Shown here one piece after another: positions 38,002-47,168 of a stretch of DNA of 64,000 nt (positions are counted from its first letter, which is position 1; the number at the start of each line of letters is the position of its first letter). Source of the DNA: Gemmatimonadaceae bacterium (GTDB lineage Bacteria > Gemmatimonadota > Gemmatimonadetes > Gemmatimonadales > Gemmatimonadaceae); contig JBHYGA010000005.1 of the NCBI GenBank assembly GCA_051859245.1, forward strand, positions 763,537-827,536, written 5' to 3'. The notes under the pieces are model-generated. The model saw nothing but the letters and a program-made list of their open reading frames with translations. It did not search any database and had not been told where the DNA came from. The position numbers were made by a program, and so were the translations under genes.

Positions 38002-39420
38002 TTATCGGTCAAGTGAAAGAAGTGGAGTCAGATCAAGGCCGCGCGCGATGCGCTCTTCGGCCAGTGCGATCAGCACGTTGTGTTGAGCGGACACCGCCGC
38101 CAGTTCGGCGCTCGAGCGCGCGGCACCGGCGTCCAGCAGCTCGGTAATCGCGGCAAGCCCGCCGTCGTATCGGCGCTGCACCAGACGCAGCGCTTCCACC
38201 GCCTGCGCGTACGCCCGTTCGGAAATCGTCAGCTGCTCCATCGCAACGCGTCGCTGAATGCTGGCCTGTGCCACTTCCAGATCCGCGACGGCTGCGGCAC
38301 CGTCAGCGCGCGTTTGCGCGGCATTCAGCACGGCGTTCGCCCGTTGACGATCCGCGAACTCTCCGCCGCCGCTGAACACCGGGAGTGTGACCACAACGGC
38401 GGCCGTGACAAACGGCGTGCCGGCGAACGGTTGATTGCGCGACGCCCAATCCGAGCGCAGCATCGCACCAACCGTTGGCAGCCAGCGCGAGTTCGCGCGC
38501 CGCACATCTTCCCGCGCGGCCAGTGCACCGAGCTGTGCGGCTTTCACATCGTCTCGTTCCACACGGTTGGTGGCGAGCGAGTCGGTGTTGGCCATCAGCG
38601 TACGAATGATCGCGGCCGACGGCAGTACAGTGGGAAGCGACGCCGATGTGTCACCGGGCTCTCCCATTTGTACGGCGAGGGCCATTCGCGCGAGGGTCGC
38701 CGCTCCGCGCGCACTGCTCCGGCGCGCCTCCAGTTCGCTCAGCCTCACCTGTGCGAGCAGAAGATCCGATCGCGCCACGACCCCGTTGCGCTCAAGCGAC
38801 GTGGCCTGTGCAACGTGGGCCGTCGCAGCGGCCACTGCGGAATCGAGCGCCGAGACACTCGCCGTCGCCAACACCGCGCCGTAGTAACTGCGGGTCGCCG
38901 CCAGCGTAGCACTATTAATCGTGTGCTCCGTCATGGCGTGCGCCGAGCGTGCCGCGAGTGACGCCGCGCGTTGGCCGAGGATCGCCTGTGGAGCGAATAC
39001 CGGTACGTCCACAACCACAGCGCCGCTTCCCACGCTCAGCGCGTCGGGTCGGTTGAGGGTGCGCGGATCAAAGTCGGACTGGGTCACCGAGCGCTGGCGG
39101 AGCTTGGCGCCAAACACGCCGATCGGATCGTTGGTGCGAGCCGCGCCGGCTTCGAGGCGAAGCTGCGGCAGCAGCTGTGCTCGCGCGGTCCGTGCGCTCG
39201 CATCGGCCGCCGCCGCGTCTTCGGTTGACGCGCGGGCCGTAAACCCACGGTCGGCGACCCGCGCCACGACGTCGCGCAGGCGGAGTGATGTCGGCGATGG
39301 CTGGGCGGCGACAGATCGTGGCAGCAGGCCCAGCATGGCAACCGAGAGGGCGAAGAGTGACGCGACGCGCGCCGTGTGCTGCGCTCGAAGCGTTCGCTGA
39401 TATGTTAGCTGTTTAATCAT
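38002..39420 (-). CDS. TolC-family outer membrane factor
   Basis: Signal peptide ending SVAA-Q; LLPQLRL, YYGAVLA, RRYDGGL, ELLDA; first gene of TolC-MFP-RND; start set at ATG 39420. Confidence 0.88.
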   Translation of the reverse strand: MIKQLTYQRTLRAQHTARVASLFALSVAMLGLLPRSVAAQPSPTSLRLRDVVARVADRGFTARASTEDAAAADASARTARAQLLPQLRLEAGAARTNDPIGVFGAKLRQRSVTQSDFDPRTLNRPDALSVGSGAVVVDVPVFAPQAILGQRAASLAARSAHAMTEHTINSATLAATRSYYGAVLATASVSALDSAVAAATAHVAQATSLERNGVVARSDLLLAQVRLSELEARRSSARGAATLARMALAVQMGEPGDTSASLPTVLPSAAIIRTLMANTDSLATNRVERDDVKAAQLGALAAREDVRRANSRWLPTVGAMLRSDWASRNQPFAGTPFVTAAVVVTLPVFSGGGEFADRQRANAVLNAAQTRADGAAAVADLEVAQASIQRRVAMEQLTISERAYAQAVEALRLVQRRYDGGLAAITELLDAGAARSSAELAAVSAQHNVLIALAEERIARGLDLTPLLSLDR

Positions 39421-39426
39421 GCAATC

Positions 39427-39455
39427 AACTAAATAGCAGAATAGAGGAATGTCAA
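39427..39455 (-). promoter_or_regulatory. candidate promoter of the efflux operon (leaderless geometry)
   Basis: Minus strand: TTGACA (39455-39450), 17 nt, TTAGTT (39432-39427), 6 nt, ATG; inside an AT-rich patch; the -10 is imperfect. Confidence 0.55.
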
Positions 39456-39545
39456 GGATTCGGGTCGGGCCCCCACGGCGCCGCTCACGCTCTCGCGGGC
39501 TGTTGCCGATACTCCTCAGGGATCCGCCGCCTCCAACGGCCGACC

Positions 39546-42107
39546 TTGCTTCCACCCTGGCACCTTGTGATCAACGCCCGTTCCACTGCCGTTGTGCTCC
39601 TCGTCGTCGCCACATGTTGTGCGGCGGTGGGCGGAGCGTTGGACGCGTGGTACGGTCGGTTGCTCTACGCGAGGGAGCGCGCCGAGGTAGTGATGGCCAC
39701 CGAGCACGCCGCCCGCGCGCTTGAGCGTGAGGTGGGGCGGCGATCGGCGTTGCTGGTGGGGCTGCGCGCCTTTGCGCAGTCGTACGAGTCGGACAAATCG
39801 CGCCTGGATGAAGAGTTCCCAGTCTTCGCCACCGGCCTGATCTCCAGCCTGGAGGGCGTGCGCGCGCTGCAGCTGGTGGACGACGGGGCGATTCGAGCCA
39901 CCTGGCCGGTTGAGGGAAACGAAGCGGCTGTGGGGTTGCGGTTGGGCTCACACCCGGACCTGCTGGTGCGTGACGGCTTTGAACGAGCGGAGCGCACGCG
40001 TCAGCTGTCCATCACGGGCCCCGTGCAACTGGTGCAGGGTGGCCGAGGATTGATTGCGCGAATTGCCACGGACCTGCCCGCGGGGAGCTATCCGGATCAG
40101 GTCGCGAGTGTAATGGACTTCGAGGCGGTGCTGCACGACGCCGGGTTTGCTCCGTACGTGGGACGACCGCGCATGACGCTGCGAAATCAGCAGGGGAAGG
40201 TCATCGTCGCCGCCGACGGTCCAATTCCGGATTCGATTCGGGTCGCGGTCGAGCTGGGCGATGGACGCTGGTGGCTTGACGGTGTGCCCGAGGGCGGGTG
40301 GGGGGCGAGCAGTGCACGGGAACGCACGTTGCTGCGCGTCAGCCTTTCGGTGATCAGCGTGCTCTTGATCGGCCTGGCTGGCGTGTTGTCCGGTCGGCAG
40401 CAACGGTTGGCGCGCGCCGTCACGGATCAAACGCGCGAGCTACAGCAGACCAATCACGAGCTGGCGCTTGAGGTGCGTGACCGCGAGACCGCCGAACGCA
40501 CGTTGCGTGAGCGGGCAGAAGAACTGCGCGTCGCACTGCAGGCGGGGCGCATGGGCATCTGGTCGTGGGACGTGGTGCACGGTCGCATCGCATTCAACGA
40601 TGGCGTCGCGGCATTGTTTGGACGGCCTACGCCCGATGCCCCGGTGTCGCACGATGAATTTCTCGGGATGCTCTCACCCGAGGATCGCACGCTGCTGCGG
40701 CAGCGCATCGACGCCACGATAGAACACAATGCGCTCTTTCATTTTGAACAGCGCATTGTGACGCCAGATGGCGCGGAGCGCTGGGTGTACGCCACCGCCG
40801 AGTTGCAGCGCGACGCGAACAACGCGCCGCAGCGACTGCTTGGCGTGGTGATGGACATCAGTGATCGCACCAGGCTTGAGGAACAGTTGCGTCAGGCGCA
40901 GAAAATGGAAGCCGTGGGCACGCTCGCAGGGGGCATTGCGCACGACTTCAACAATCTGCTCACGGCAATGCTCGGCTTTGCGCGACTTGCCCACGACGCA
41001 CTCGACGAAGCCAGCACGCACGTATCAACCGTGCACACGCACGCCATGGTACGTGACGATCTCAGCGAGCTGATTCGCGCCGGTGATCGCGCCACAATGC
41101 TCACGTCACAGCTGTTGGCCTTCAGTCGTCAGCAAGTCGTGCAGTCGGTGATGGTGGATGTCAACGCCATGGTCGCCGATCTTGAGCGCATGCTGTGTCG
41201 CTTGCTTGACGAACGCATCACGCTGCGCTCCGAAACATGCGCGAAGCCCGTCGTGGTGCGCGCCAACGCGGGACAGCTGTCGCAGGTGTTGTTGAACCTG
41301 GTGGTCAACGCGCGCGACGCGATGCCATTGGGTGGTCACATCACGGTGCACACGGCACGTCATCGCATCACGGCCGACGATGCGCTCATTGATACCGGGC
41401 TGACGCCGGGCGAATGGGTGGAGTTCTCGGTGCGAGACAATGGCGTGGGCATGTCGCCCGAGATCCAGTCTCGAATTTTTGACCCGTTTTTTACCACGAA
41501 GCCCACCGGGAAGGGCACGGGGTTGGGACTGTCCACGGCCTACGGCATCGTGGCCAGCGCGGGTGGACGCATTGTGGTGGAATCGCGCGAAGGGAGCGGT
41601 ACCTGCATGCGCGTGTTCCTGCCGGCGCACGCGCGCGCGGTTCGCGACAAAACGCCGGTTCGTGGTATCGCCGCACTCGATAGCGGGCACGAAACGATTC
41701 TGGTCGTTGAAGACGAGCCGGGCGTGCGGCGACTCGTTCGGGAAATCCTGGAGCGCCAGGGCTATCAGGTCGTGCTTGCCGCCAACGGACTGGAGGCGCT
41801 GCAAATTCTGGCGGGTTCGCGAGCCGCTGGCGAGGCAGGGCCTTTGCCGGCAGGACCGGTTGACATCGATTTGGTCATCAGCGACGTGGTGATGCCCGAG
41901 ATGGGCGGCCTTGAGCTGAGTGTGCGGCTCCGTGAGCTGTTTCCGCGCGTGCCAGTGCTGCTGATGTCCGGGTATCCGGCATCGGAAGTGGACGCGCCAG
42001 TCCTTGAGGAGCAGATCGTGGCCAAGCCGTTCACGCCGGCGCAGCTGCTGTCGCAGGTACGCGAGCGACTCAACGCCGCCGCTGCGCTGAAAGAACTGGC
42101 CGTCTGA
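39546..42107 (+). CDS. hybrid sensor histidine kinase: CHASE-PAS-HisKA-HATPase-REC (start uncertain)
   Basis: TM, CHASE-like (WPVEGNEAAVGL, GPVQLVQGG), TM, PAS (GRMGIWSWD), GGIAHDFNNLL, DNGVGM, FFTTK, GTGLGL, REC (VVEDE, SDVVMP). Confidence 0.92.
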   Translation: MLPPWHLVINARSTAVVLLVVATCCAAVGGALDAWYGRLLYARERAEVVMATEHAARALEREVGRRSALLVGLRAFAQSYESDKSRLDEEFPVFATGLISSLEGVRALQLVDDGAIRATWPVEGNEAAVGLRLGSHPDLLVRDGFERAERTRQLSITGPVQLVQGGRGLIARIATDLPAGSYPDQVASVMDFEAVLHDAGFAPYVGRPRMTLRNQQGKVIVAADGPIPDSIRVAVELGDGRWWLDGVPEGGWGASSARERTLLRVSLSVISVLLIGLAGVLSGRQQRLARAVTDQTRELQQTNHELALEVRDRETAERTLRERAEELRVALQAGRMGIWSWDVVHGRIAFNDGVAALFGRPTPDAPVSHDEFLGMLSPEDRTLLRQRIDATIEHNALFHFEQRIVTPDGAERWVYATAELQRDANNAPQRLLGVVMDISDRTRLEEQLRQAQKMEAVGTLAGGIAHDFNNLLTAMLGFARLAHDALDEASTHVSTVHTHAMVRDDLSELIRAGDRATMLTSQLLAFSRQQVVQSVMVDVNAMVADLERMLCRLLDERITLRSETCAKPVVVRANAGQLSQVLLNLVVNARDAMPLGGHITVHTARHRITADDALIDTGLTPGEWVEFSVRDNGVGMSPEIQSRIFDPFFTTKPTGKGTGLGLSTAYGIVASAGGRIVVESREGSGTCMRVFLPAHARAVRDKTPVRGIAALDSGHETILVVEDEPGVRRLVREILERQGYQVVLAANGLEALQILAGSRAAGEAGPLPAGPVDIDLVISDVVMPEMGGLELSVRLRELFPRVPVLLMSGYPASEVDAPVLEEQIVAKPFTPAQLLSQVRERLNAAAALKELAV

Positions 42108-42121
42108 TCGCGCGGTATCCG

Positions 42122-42151
42122 TTGCCACACCTTGGCGGCGTGTCATAGCTT
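42122..42151 (+). promoter_or_regulatory. candidate asnS promoter
   Basis: TTGCCA (42122-42127), 18 nt, TAGCTT (42146-42151). Confidence 0.4.
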
Positions 42152-42178
42152 ACCGGCTCACCTTCACCCGACTGCGCC

Positions 42179-43480
42179 GTGAGCCATCCGTCTTCCCGAA
42201 TCGCCGACTTGCACGCCCATGTGGGCACCACCGTCACCGTGCGCGGGTGGGTTACCCACGTGCGCTCCAGCGGCAAAGTGGCCTTTGTGGTCATGCGCGA
42301 TGGCTCCGGCATCTTGCAGTGCGTGCTGGTGAAGTCGCAGGTACCTGCAGAAACGTGGGAGCGCTTTGGGACGCTCACACTGGAAACGTCGCTCGCGATT
42401 TCCGGTGAAGTACGCGCCGATGCGCGCGCGCCGGGTGGACATGAACTCGGCGTCGTTGAGCTCGAGGTGATTGGCACGAGTCCGGTCGACTATCCGATTC
42501 AGCCCAAGGAACACGGCATCGATTTTCTGCTCGACAATCGGCATCTGTGGCTGCGCAGTCCGCGACAGGCGGCGATCATGCGCATTCGTCACGAGCTCGA
42601 GCAGGCCGTGCACGATTTCTTTTACGCGCGCGATTTCACACGATGCGATACGCCGATTCTTACCGGTGCGATTGGTGAGCGCGCGGGACTCTTTGCGACC
42701 GAATACTTCGACGAAGGCATGGCCTATCTCGCGCAGACGGGACAGCTGTACGGCGAAGCACTCGCGGCATCACTCGGACGCATCTACACGTTTGGCCCAA
42801 CGTTTCGCGCCGAGAAATCCAAGACGCGTCGCCATCTCACCGAGTTCTGGATGATTGAACCGGAAATGGCGTGGTACGACTCGAAGGACAACATGCAGTT
42901 GCAGCAGGAGTTCGTGCAGTATCTCGTGGGGCGCGTACTGGAGCGCAAAGCCGAAGAACTCAAGCTGCTTGAGCGTGACACCACCATGCTCGAGAAAGTC
43001 ACCGGCGACTTTATTCGTCTTGACTATAGCGACGCGATCACACTGATCAACAGCAAAGGCAGCGCGACCAAGTGGGGGGACGATCTCGGCGCCGAAGACG
43101 AAGCGCTGATCGTGGCCGACTACGATCGCCCCGTCTTCGTGATGAACTATCCGAAGGAAGCGAAGGCGTTCTACATGAAGGAGAACCCGGCCGATCCGCG
43201 CACGGTGTTGTGCGACGATCTGCTCGCACCCGAAGGCTACGGCGAGATCATTGGCGGTTCGCAGCGTGAAGACGACTACGATCGCCTGCTCAAGCGTATT
43301 GAAGAAGAAGGTCTGCCTGTTGATCAGTACGGGTGGTACCTCGACTTGCGCAAATACGGCACGTTTACGCACTCAGGCTTCGGACTCGGCCTCGAGCGCA
43401 CGATTGGCTGGATTTGCGGATTGCATCACATTCGCGAAGTCATCGCGTTCCCTCGCTTGATGCATCGCTTGCGGCCGTAA
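42179..43480 (+). CDS. asnS: asparagine-tRNA ligase
   Basis: OB fold VTVRGWV...RDGSG; YLAQTGQLY, FRAEKSKTRRHLTEFWMIEPE, KAFYMK, GGSQRE, HSGFGLGLER. Confidence 0.95.
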   Translation: MSHPSSRIADLHAHVGTTVTVRGWVTHVRSSGKVAFVVMRDGSGILQCVLVKSQVPAETWERFGTLTLETSLAISGEVRADARAPGGHELGVVELEVIGTSPVDYPIQPKEHGIDFLLDNRHLWLRSPRQAAIMRIRHELEQAVHDFFYARDFTRCDTPILTGAIGERAGLFATEYFDEGMAYLAQTGQLYGEALAASLGRIYTFGPTFRAEKSKTRRHLTEFWMIEPEMAWYDSKDNMQLQQEFVQYLVGRVLERKAEELKLLERDTTMLEKVTGDFIRLDYSDAITLINSKGSATKWGDDLGAEDEALIVADYDRPVFVMNYPKEAKAFYMKENPADPRTVLCDDLLAPEGYGEIIGGSQREDDYDRLLKRIEEEGLPVDQYGWYLDLRKYGTFTHSGFGLGLERTIGWICGLHHIREVIAFPRLMHRLRP

Positions 43481-43485
43481 GCGCG

Positions 43486-44277
43486 CTACTCCCCGCGTTT
43501 GACCTCGTCCCACAACAGATCCTGTTCCGCGAGCGACAACTCGCGGAACACGATCCCGCGTGCTTCGGCGAGTGACTCCATGGCCCGGAACCGTCGCACA
43601 AACTTCTGATTCGCACCGTCAAGCGCGAGCCCCGCGTGCACGCCCACTTTGCGGCACAGATTCACGACTGCAAAGAGCAGATCGCCCAGTTCGGCTTCGA
43701 CTTTCGCGGCGTCGCTCGCCACACCGTCCGGCGTGATGTGCTCCGCCACCTCCTCGATTTCCTCGCGCACCTTGGCCAGCGGCCCAATGGCGTCGGGCCA
43801 GTCAAAGCCTACGCCCGCCGCCCGATCTTGCAGGCGCTGCGAGCGGTGCAGTGCCGGCAGGCCCTTGGCGAGTCCTTCGTCAATGAAGCTGCGATGGTGC
43901 GACTTCATGGTCTCCCAATCGCGCTTGATGCCGTCGCCGTACAGGTGCGGATGCCGCGTGTGCATTTTCGTAACGAGCGCGCCTGATACATCGGAGATGT
44001 CAAACGCGCCGCGCTCTTCGGCGACCACCGCGTGAAACAGGACCTGCAGTAACACGTCGCCGAGTTCGTCGCGGAGCGTACCGTCATGACCCTCGGAAAT
44101 CGCGTCGTCGACTTCAGCCGCTTCTTCGACCAGATAGGGTCGTAGTGAGGCGTGCGTCTGCGCCGCATCCCATTCGCAGCGGGCGCGCAAGTCGCGCATC
44201 ACGGCCAGCGCGTCATCGAGCGTATGGCGGTGTTCATCGGGAAGGCGCGCACTCAACTCCGCAGCACGGTCGGGCAT
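43486..44277 (-). CDS. mazG: nucleoside triphosphate pyrophosphohydrolase MazG
   Basis: CEWDAAQTHASL, EEAAEV, DELGDVLLQVLFH, RHPHLYG, GFDWP, ELGDLLFAVVN, NQKFVRRF; start set at ATG 44277. Confidence 0.95.
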   Translation of the reverse strand: MPDRAAELSARLPDEHRHTLDDALAVMRDLRARCEWDAAQTHASLRPYLVEEAAEVDDAISEGHDGTLRDELGDVLLQVLFHAVVAEERGAFDISDVSGALVTKMHTRHPHLYGDGIKRDWETMKSHHRSFIDEGLAKGLPALHRSQRLQDRAAGVGFDWPDAIGPLAKVREEIEEVAEHITPDGVASDAAKVEAELGDLLFAVVNLCRKVGVHAGLALDGANQKFVRRFRAMESLAEARGIVFRELSLAEQDLLWDEVKRGE

Positions 44278-44485
44278 TCCATCTCGCTTGGGCCACAACA
44301 TCTCGGCCCTCGGGGGTGATCTGACGCCGATCGCAATCGATCGACGTGCGTACCATCCACGACCGCGCGTGGAGGCGATTATCATCAAGTGTTCGAGGCG
44401 ACCGCAGACGCACGTGCCGAATGGCCGGTGCAGCGCTCGTCGTCACGTCGGAATATACAAACCCACTGTCGGAGCGGAGAGCAAG

Positions 44486-45565
44486 GTGCACGCACGCGCG
44501 TGGTGTGAGATCGATCTCGACGCCGTTCGGCATAACCTCGCGCAGTTGCGATCCGCCGCCGGCGTTCCGCTCATCCCCATGGTCAAAGCGGATGCGTACG
44601 GACTCGGTGCCGACGCCATCGTGCGGCTGTTGTCGCAGCTCGCCGGTAACGAGGCACCGTGGGCACTCGGCGTGGCCACCGTCGATGAAGGGGCGCACGC
44701 ACGAACCGCGGGGTGGACTGGACGCATTCTCTGCTGCACACCGGTGCTCGCAACAGAACTCCCGAGAATGCGCGACGAACGCATCACGCCGTCGCTGCAC
44801 ACCGAAGGCGACATTCTCTCGTGGCGTCGTCTGGGCGAGATGCCCTGGCATCTGAGCATCGACACCGGTATGCATCGCGCTGGTGTTGAATGGATCGACG
44901 CGCCTGCGCTCGCTGATGTTGTGTCTTTTCACCCGCCGGAGGGCGTGTTCACGCACTTCCATTCGGCCGGCGAAAACGAGTTGTCTCGTGCTGTGCAGGA
45001 ACAACGATTCGCCGAGGCGTTGCGCGCATTGAAATTGCCGGCCACTACGCTGCGACACGCTGCGAACTCCCCCGCGCTTGCGGCGGATGCACAGCGCGGC
45101 GCCGGTCCAACGTGGGATCTCGCGCGACCGGGTATTGCGATGTACGGCTCACCGTCAGCAAGTGCGCTGCAGCTTTGGCCGGTGTTGCAGGTGTATGCGC
45201 GCGTGGTCGACGTGCGTCACGTCAACGCGGGCGAAACGGTGAGTTACGACGCCACCTGGACCGCGCCCCGCGCGAGTCGCATTGCAACGGTCGCGATCGG
45301 ACATGGTGATGGCTATCGACGCGCGTTCTCGAACTGCGGCATCATGCGACTCCACGAACAGCGTGTGCCGGTCATTGGTGTGGTCACCATGGACATGACC
45401 ATGCTCGATGTCACATCCGTCCCGTGTGAAGTAGGCGATGTGGTCACCGTGATTGGTGAGTCGCTCACCCTCGACACCGTCGCCGCTCTGGCCCAGCTCT
45501 CGCCGTACGAACTGCTTGTCGGATGGCGCTTACGGCTCCCTCGCGTGTATCGGAGTGCCACATGA
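44486..45565 (+). CDS. alr: alanine racemase
   Basis: AWCEIDL, VKADAYG (PLP Lys), IDTGMHRAG, FTHF, HAANS, ARPGI, GETVSY, SPYELL; GGAG upstream of GTG 44486. Confidence 0.93.
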   Translation: MHARAWCEIDLDAVRHNLAQLRSAAGVPLIPMVKADAYGLGADAIVRLLSQLAGNEAPWALGVATVDEGAHARTAGWTGRILCCTPVLATELPRMRDERITPSLHTEGDILSWRRLGEMPWHLSIDTGMHRAGVEWIDAPALADVVSFHPPEGVFTHFHSAGENELSRAVQEQRFAEALRALKLPATTLRHAANSPALAADAQRGAGPTWDLARPGIAMYGSPSASALQLWPVLQVYARVVDVRHVNAGETVSYDATWTAPRASRIATVAIGHGDGYRRAFSNCGIMRLHEQRVPVIGVVTMDMTMLDVTSVPCEVGDVVTVIGESLTLDTVAALAQLSPYELLVGWRLRLPRVYRSAT

Positions 45566-46749
45566 CAACTACTCGGCTCTCTTCGCGACGCGCGATCCTG
45601 CTCATCCTCGACGGCGTTGGCATCGGCGAGGCGCCGGATACCGCTGCCTACGGCGACGCGGGCAGCAATACGCTCGGCAACCTCGCCGAGCGGTTGGGCG
45701 GCCTGCACGTGCCCAACCTGGCGTCGCTCGGCCTGGGCCGAATTGCGCCGCTGGCAGGCGTGAGCGCGGAAGCGGCGCTGGTGGGTGCCTGGGGCGCGGC
45801 GCTCCCGCGATCGGCTGGGAAAGACTCCACCACGGGTCACTGGGAGCTCGCCGGCGTCCATCTGGCCCGTCCGTTCCCCACCTATCCGCAGGGATTCCCG
45901 CCCGAGGTGCTGGGTCCGTTCATTGAGGCCACGGGGCGCGGGGTGCTGGCCAACTCAGTCGCCAGCGGCACGGCGGTGATCGAGCAATTCGCCGAGCAGC
46001 AACGCGAGTCGGGCAGCTGGATCGTGTACACGTCCGCCGATTCCGTCTTTCAGATTGCGGCGCATGAGGAGTGGATCCCCCTCGGAGAGCTGTACCGCGC
46101 CTGTGAAATTGCGCGCGCTCAACTCGTGCCACCGCACGACGTGTCGCGAGTCATCGCGCGACCTTTTGTGGGCACGCCCGGGCTGTGGACGCGCACGGCC
46201 AACCGGCGCGACTTCTCACTCCCAGCGCCCGATTCCACGTTGGTGGACGAGCTGGCGGCCGCGGGCATTCCGCGCTACGGCATTGGCAAAGTGGACGATT
46301 TGTTCGCCGGACGAAATCTCGAATCGCAGCACACCATTCACAACGCTGACGGTGTCTCACGACTGCTGGAGTGGCTGGATTCGTCCCGCCATGGGTTCTG
46401 CTTTGCCAATCTGGTAGATTTCGATCAGTTGTACGGGCATCGGAACGACGGGCCCGGTTTCGCCGACGCACTTTCCGCGTTCGACGCGGTTTTGCCGCGT
46501 CTGCTCGCAGCCCTTCGGGAGGACGACCTGCTCATTATTACCGCTGACCACGGGAACGACCCGACGACGCCCTCAACCGATCACTCGCGTGAGCGGGTAC
46601 CGGTGCTGGTGGCGGGTCCGCGCGTACATCCGGTGGCCCTGGGTGTGCGCGATACGTTCTCCGACGTTGGTGCCACGCTGGCCGAATGGTTTGGTCTGTC
46701 GTGGCGCGGTCGCGGGCAGTCGTTTCTGGCCGAGTGCGTTCGCGCATGA
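45562..46749 (+). CDS. deoB: phosphopentomutase
   Basis: LDGVGIG, GKDSTTGHWE, YTSADSVFQIAAHE, RVIARPF, NLVDFDQLYGHRND, TADHGNDPT, DHSRE. Confidence 0.96.
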   Translation: MTTTRLSSRRAILLILDGVGIGEAPDTAAYGDAGSNTLGNLAERLGGLHVPNLASLGLGRIAPLAGVSAEAALVGAWGAALPRSAGKDSTTGHWELAGVHLARPFPTYPQGFPPEVLGPFIEATGRGVLANSVASGTAVIEQFAEQQRESGSWIVYTSADSVFQIAAHEEWIPLGELYRACEIARAQLVPPHDVSRVIARPFVGTPGLWTRTANRRDFSLPAPDSTLVDELAAAGIPRYGIGKVDDLFAGRNLESQHTIHNADGVSRLLEWLDSSRHGFCFANLVDFDQLYGHRNDGPGFADALSAFDAVLPRLLAALREDDLLIITADHGNDPTTPSTDHSRERVPVLVAGPRVHPVALGVRDTFSDVGATLAEWFGLSWRGRGQSFLAECVRA

Positions 46750-47168
46750 GTCACGGCGCAGACACTGACAGTCCGCTCACGACGCTCATTGAGGCGGCCC
46801 GCGCGGCCCAACAGCACGCGTGGGCGCCGTACTCGTCGTTTCGGGTGGGCGCGGCGCTTGAGTCAACAGACGGTCAGCTGTTCGCGGGCTGCAATGTTGA
46901 GAACGCCAGTTATCCCGCCGGAATCTGTGCCGAACGTGGCGCGCTGGCACGCGCGGTTGCGTCCGGCGCACGTGCCTTCGTTCGTGTGGTCATTGTTTCT
47001 GATGCTGACACACCCGCACCACCGTGCGGAATGTGTCGACAAGCGCTGGTTGAGTTTGCACCGACGCTAGAGGTCGTGAGTATCACGTCCAGTGGGCAAA
47101 CCGCCCGCTGGTCGCTCGCCGACCTGCTGCCTTTTCCCTTCACGCCATCCTCGCTCGCGCATGCCTGA
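46746..47168 (+). CDS. cdd: cytidine deaminase (homotetrameric type)
   Basis: APYSSFRVGAAL, GCNVENASY, CAER, PCGMCRQ, LLPFPF. Confidence 0.96.
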   Translation: MSHGADTDSPLTTLIEAARAAQQHAWAPYSSFRVGAALESTDGQLFAGCNVENASYPAGICAERGALARAVASGARAFVRVVIVSDADTPAPPCGMCRQALVEFAPTLEVVSITSSGQTARWSLADLLPFPFTPSSLAHA

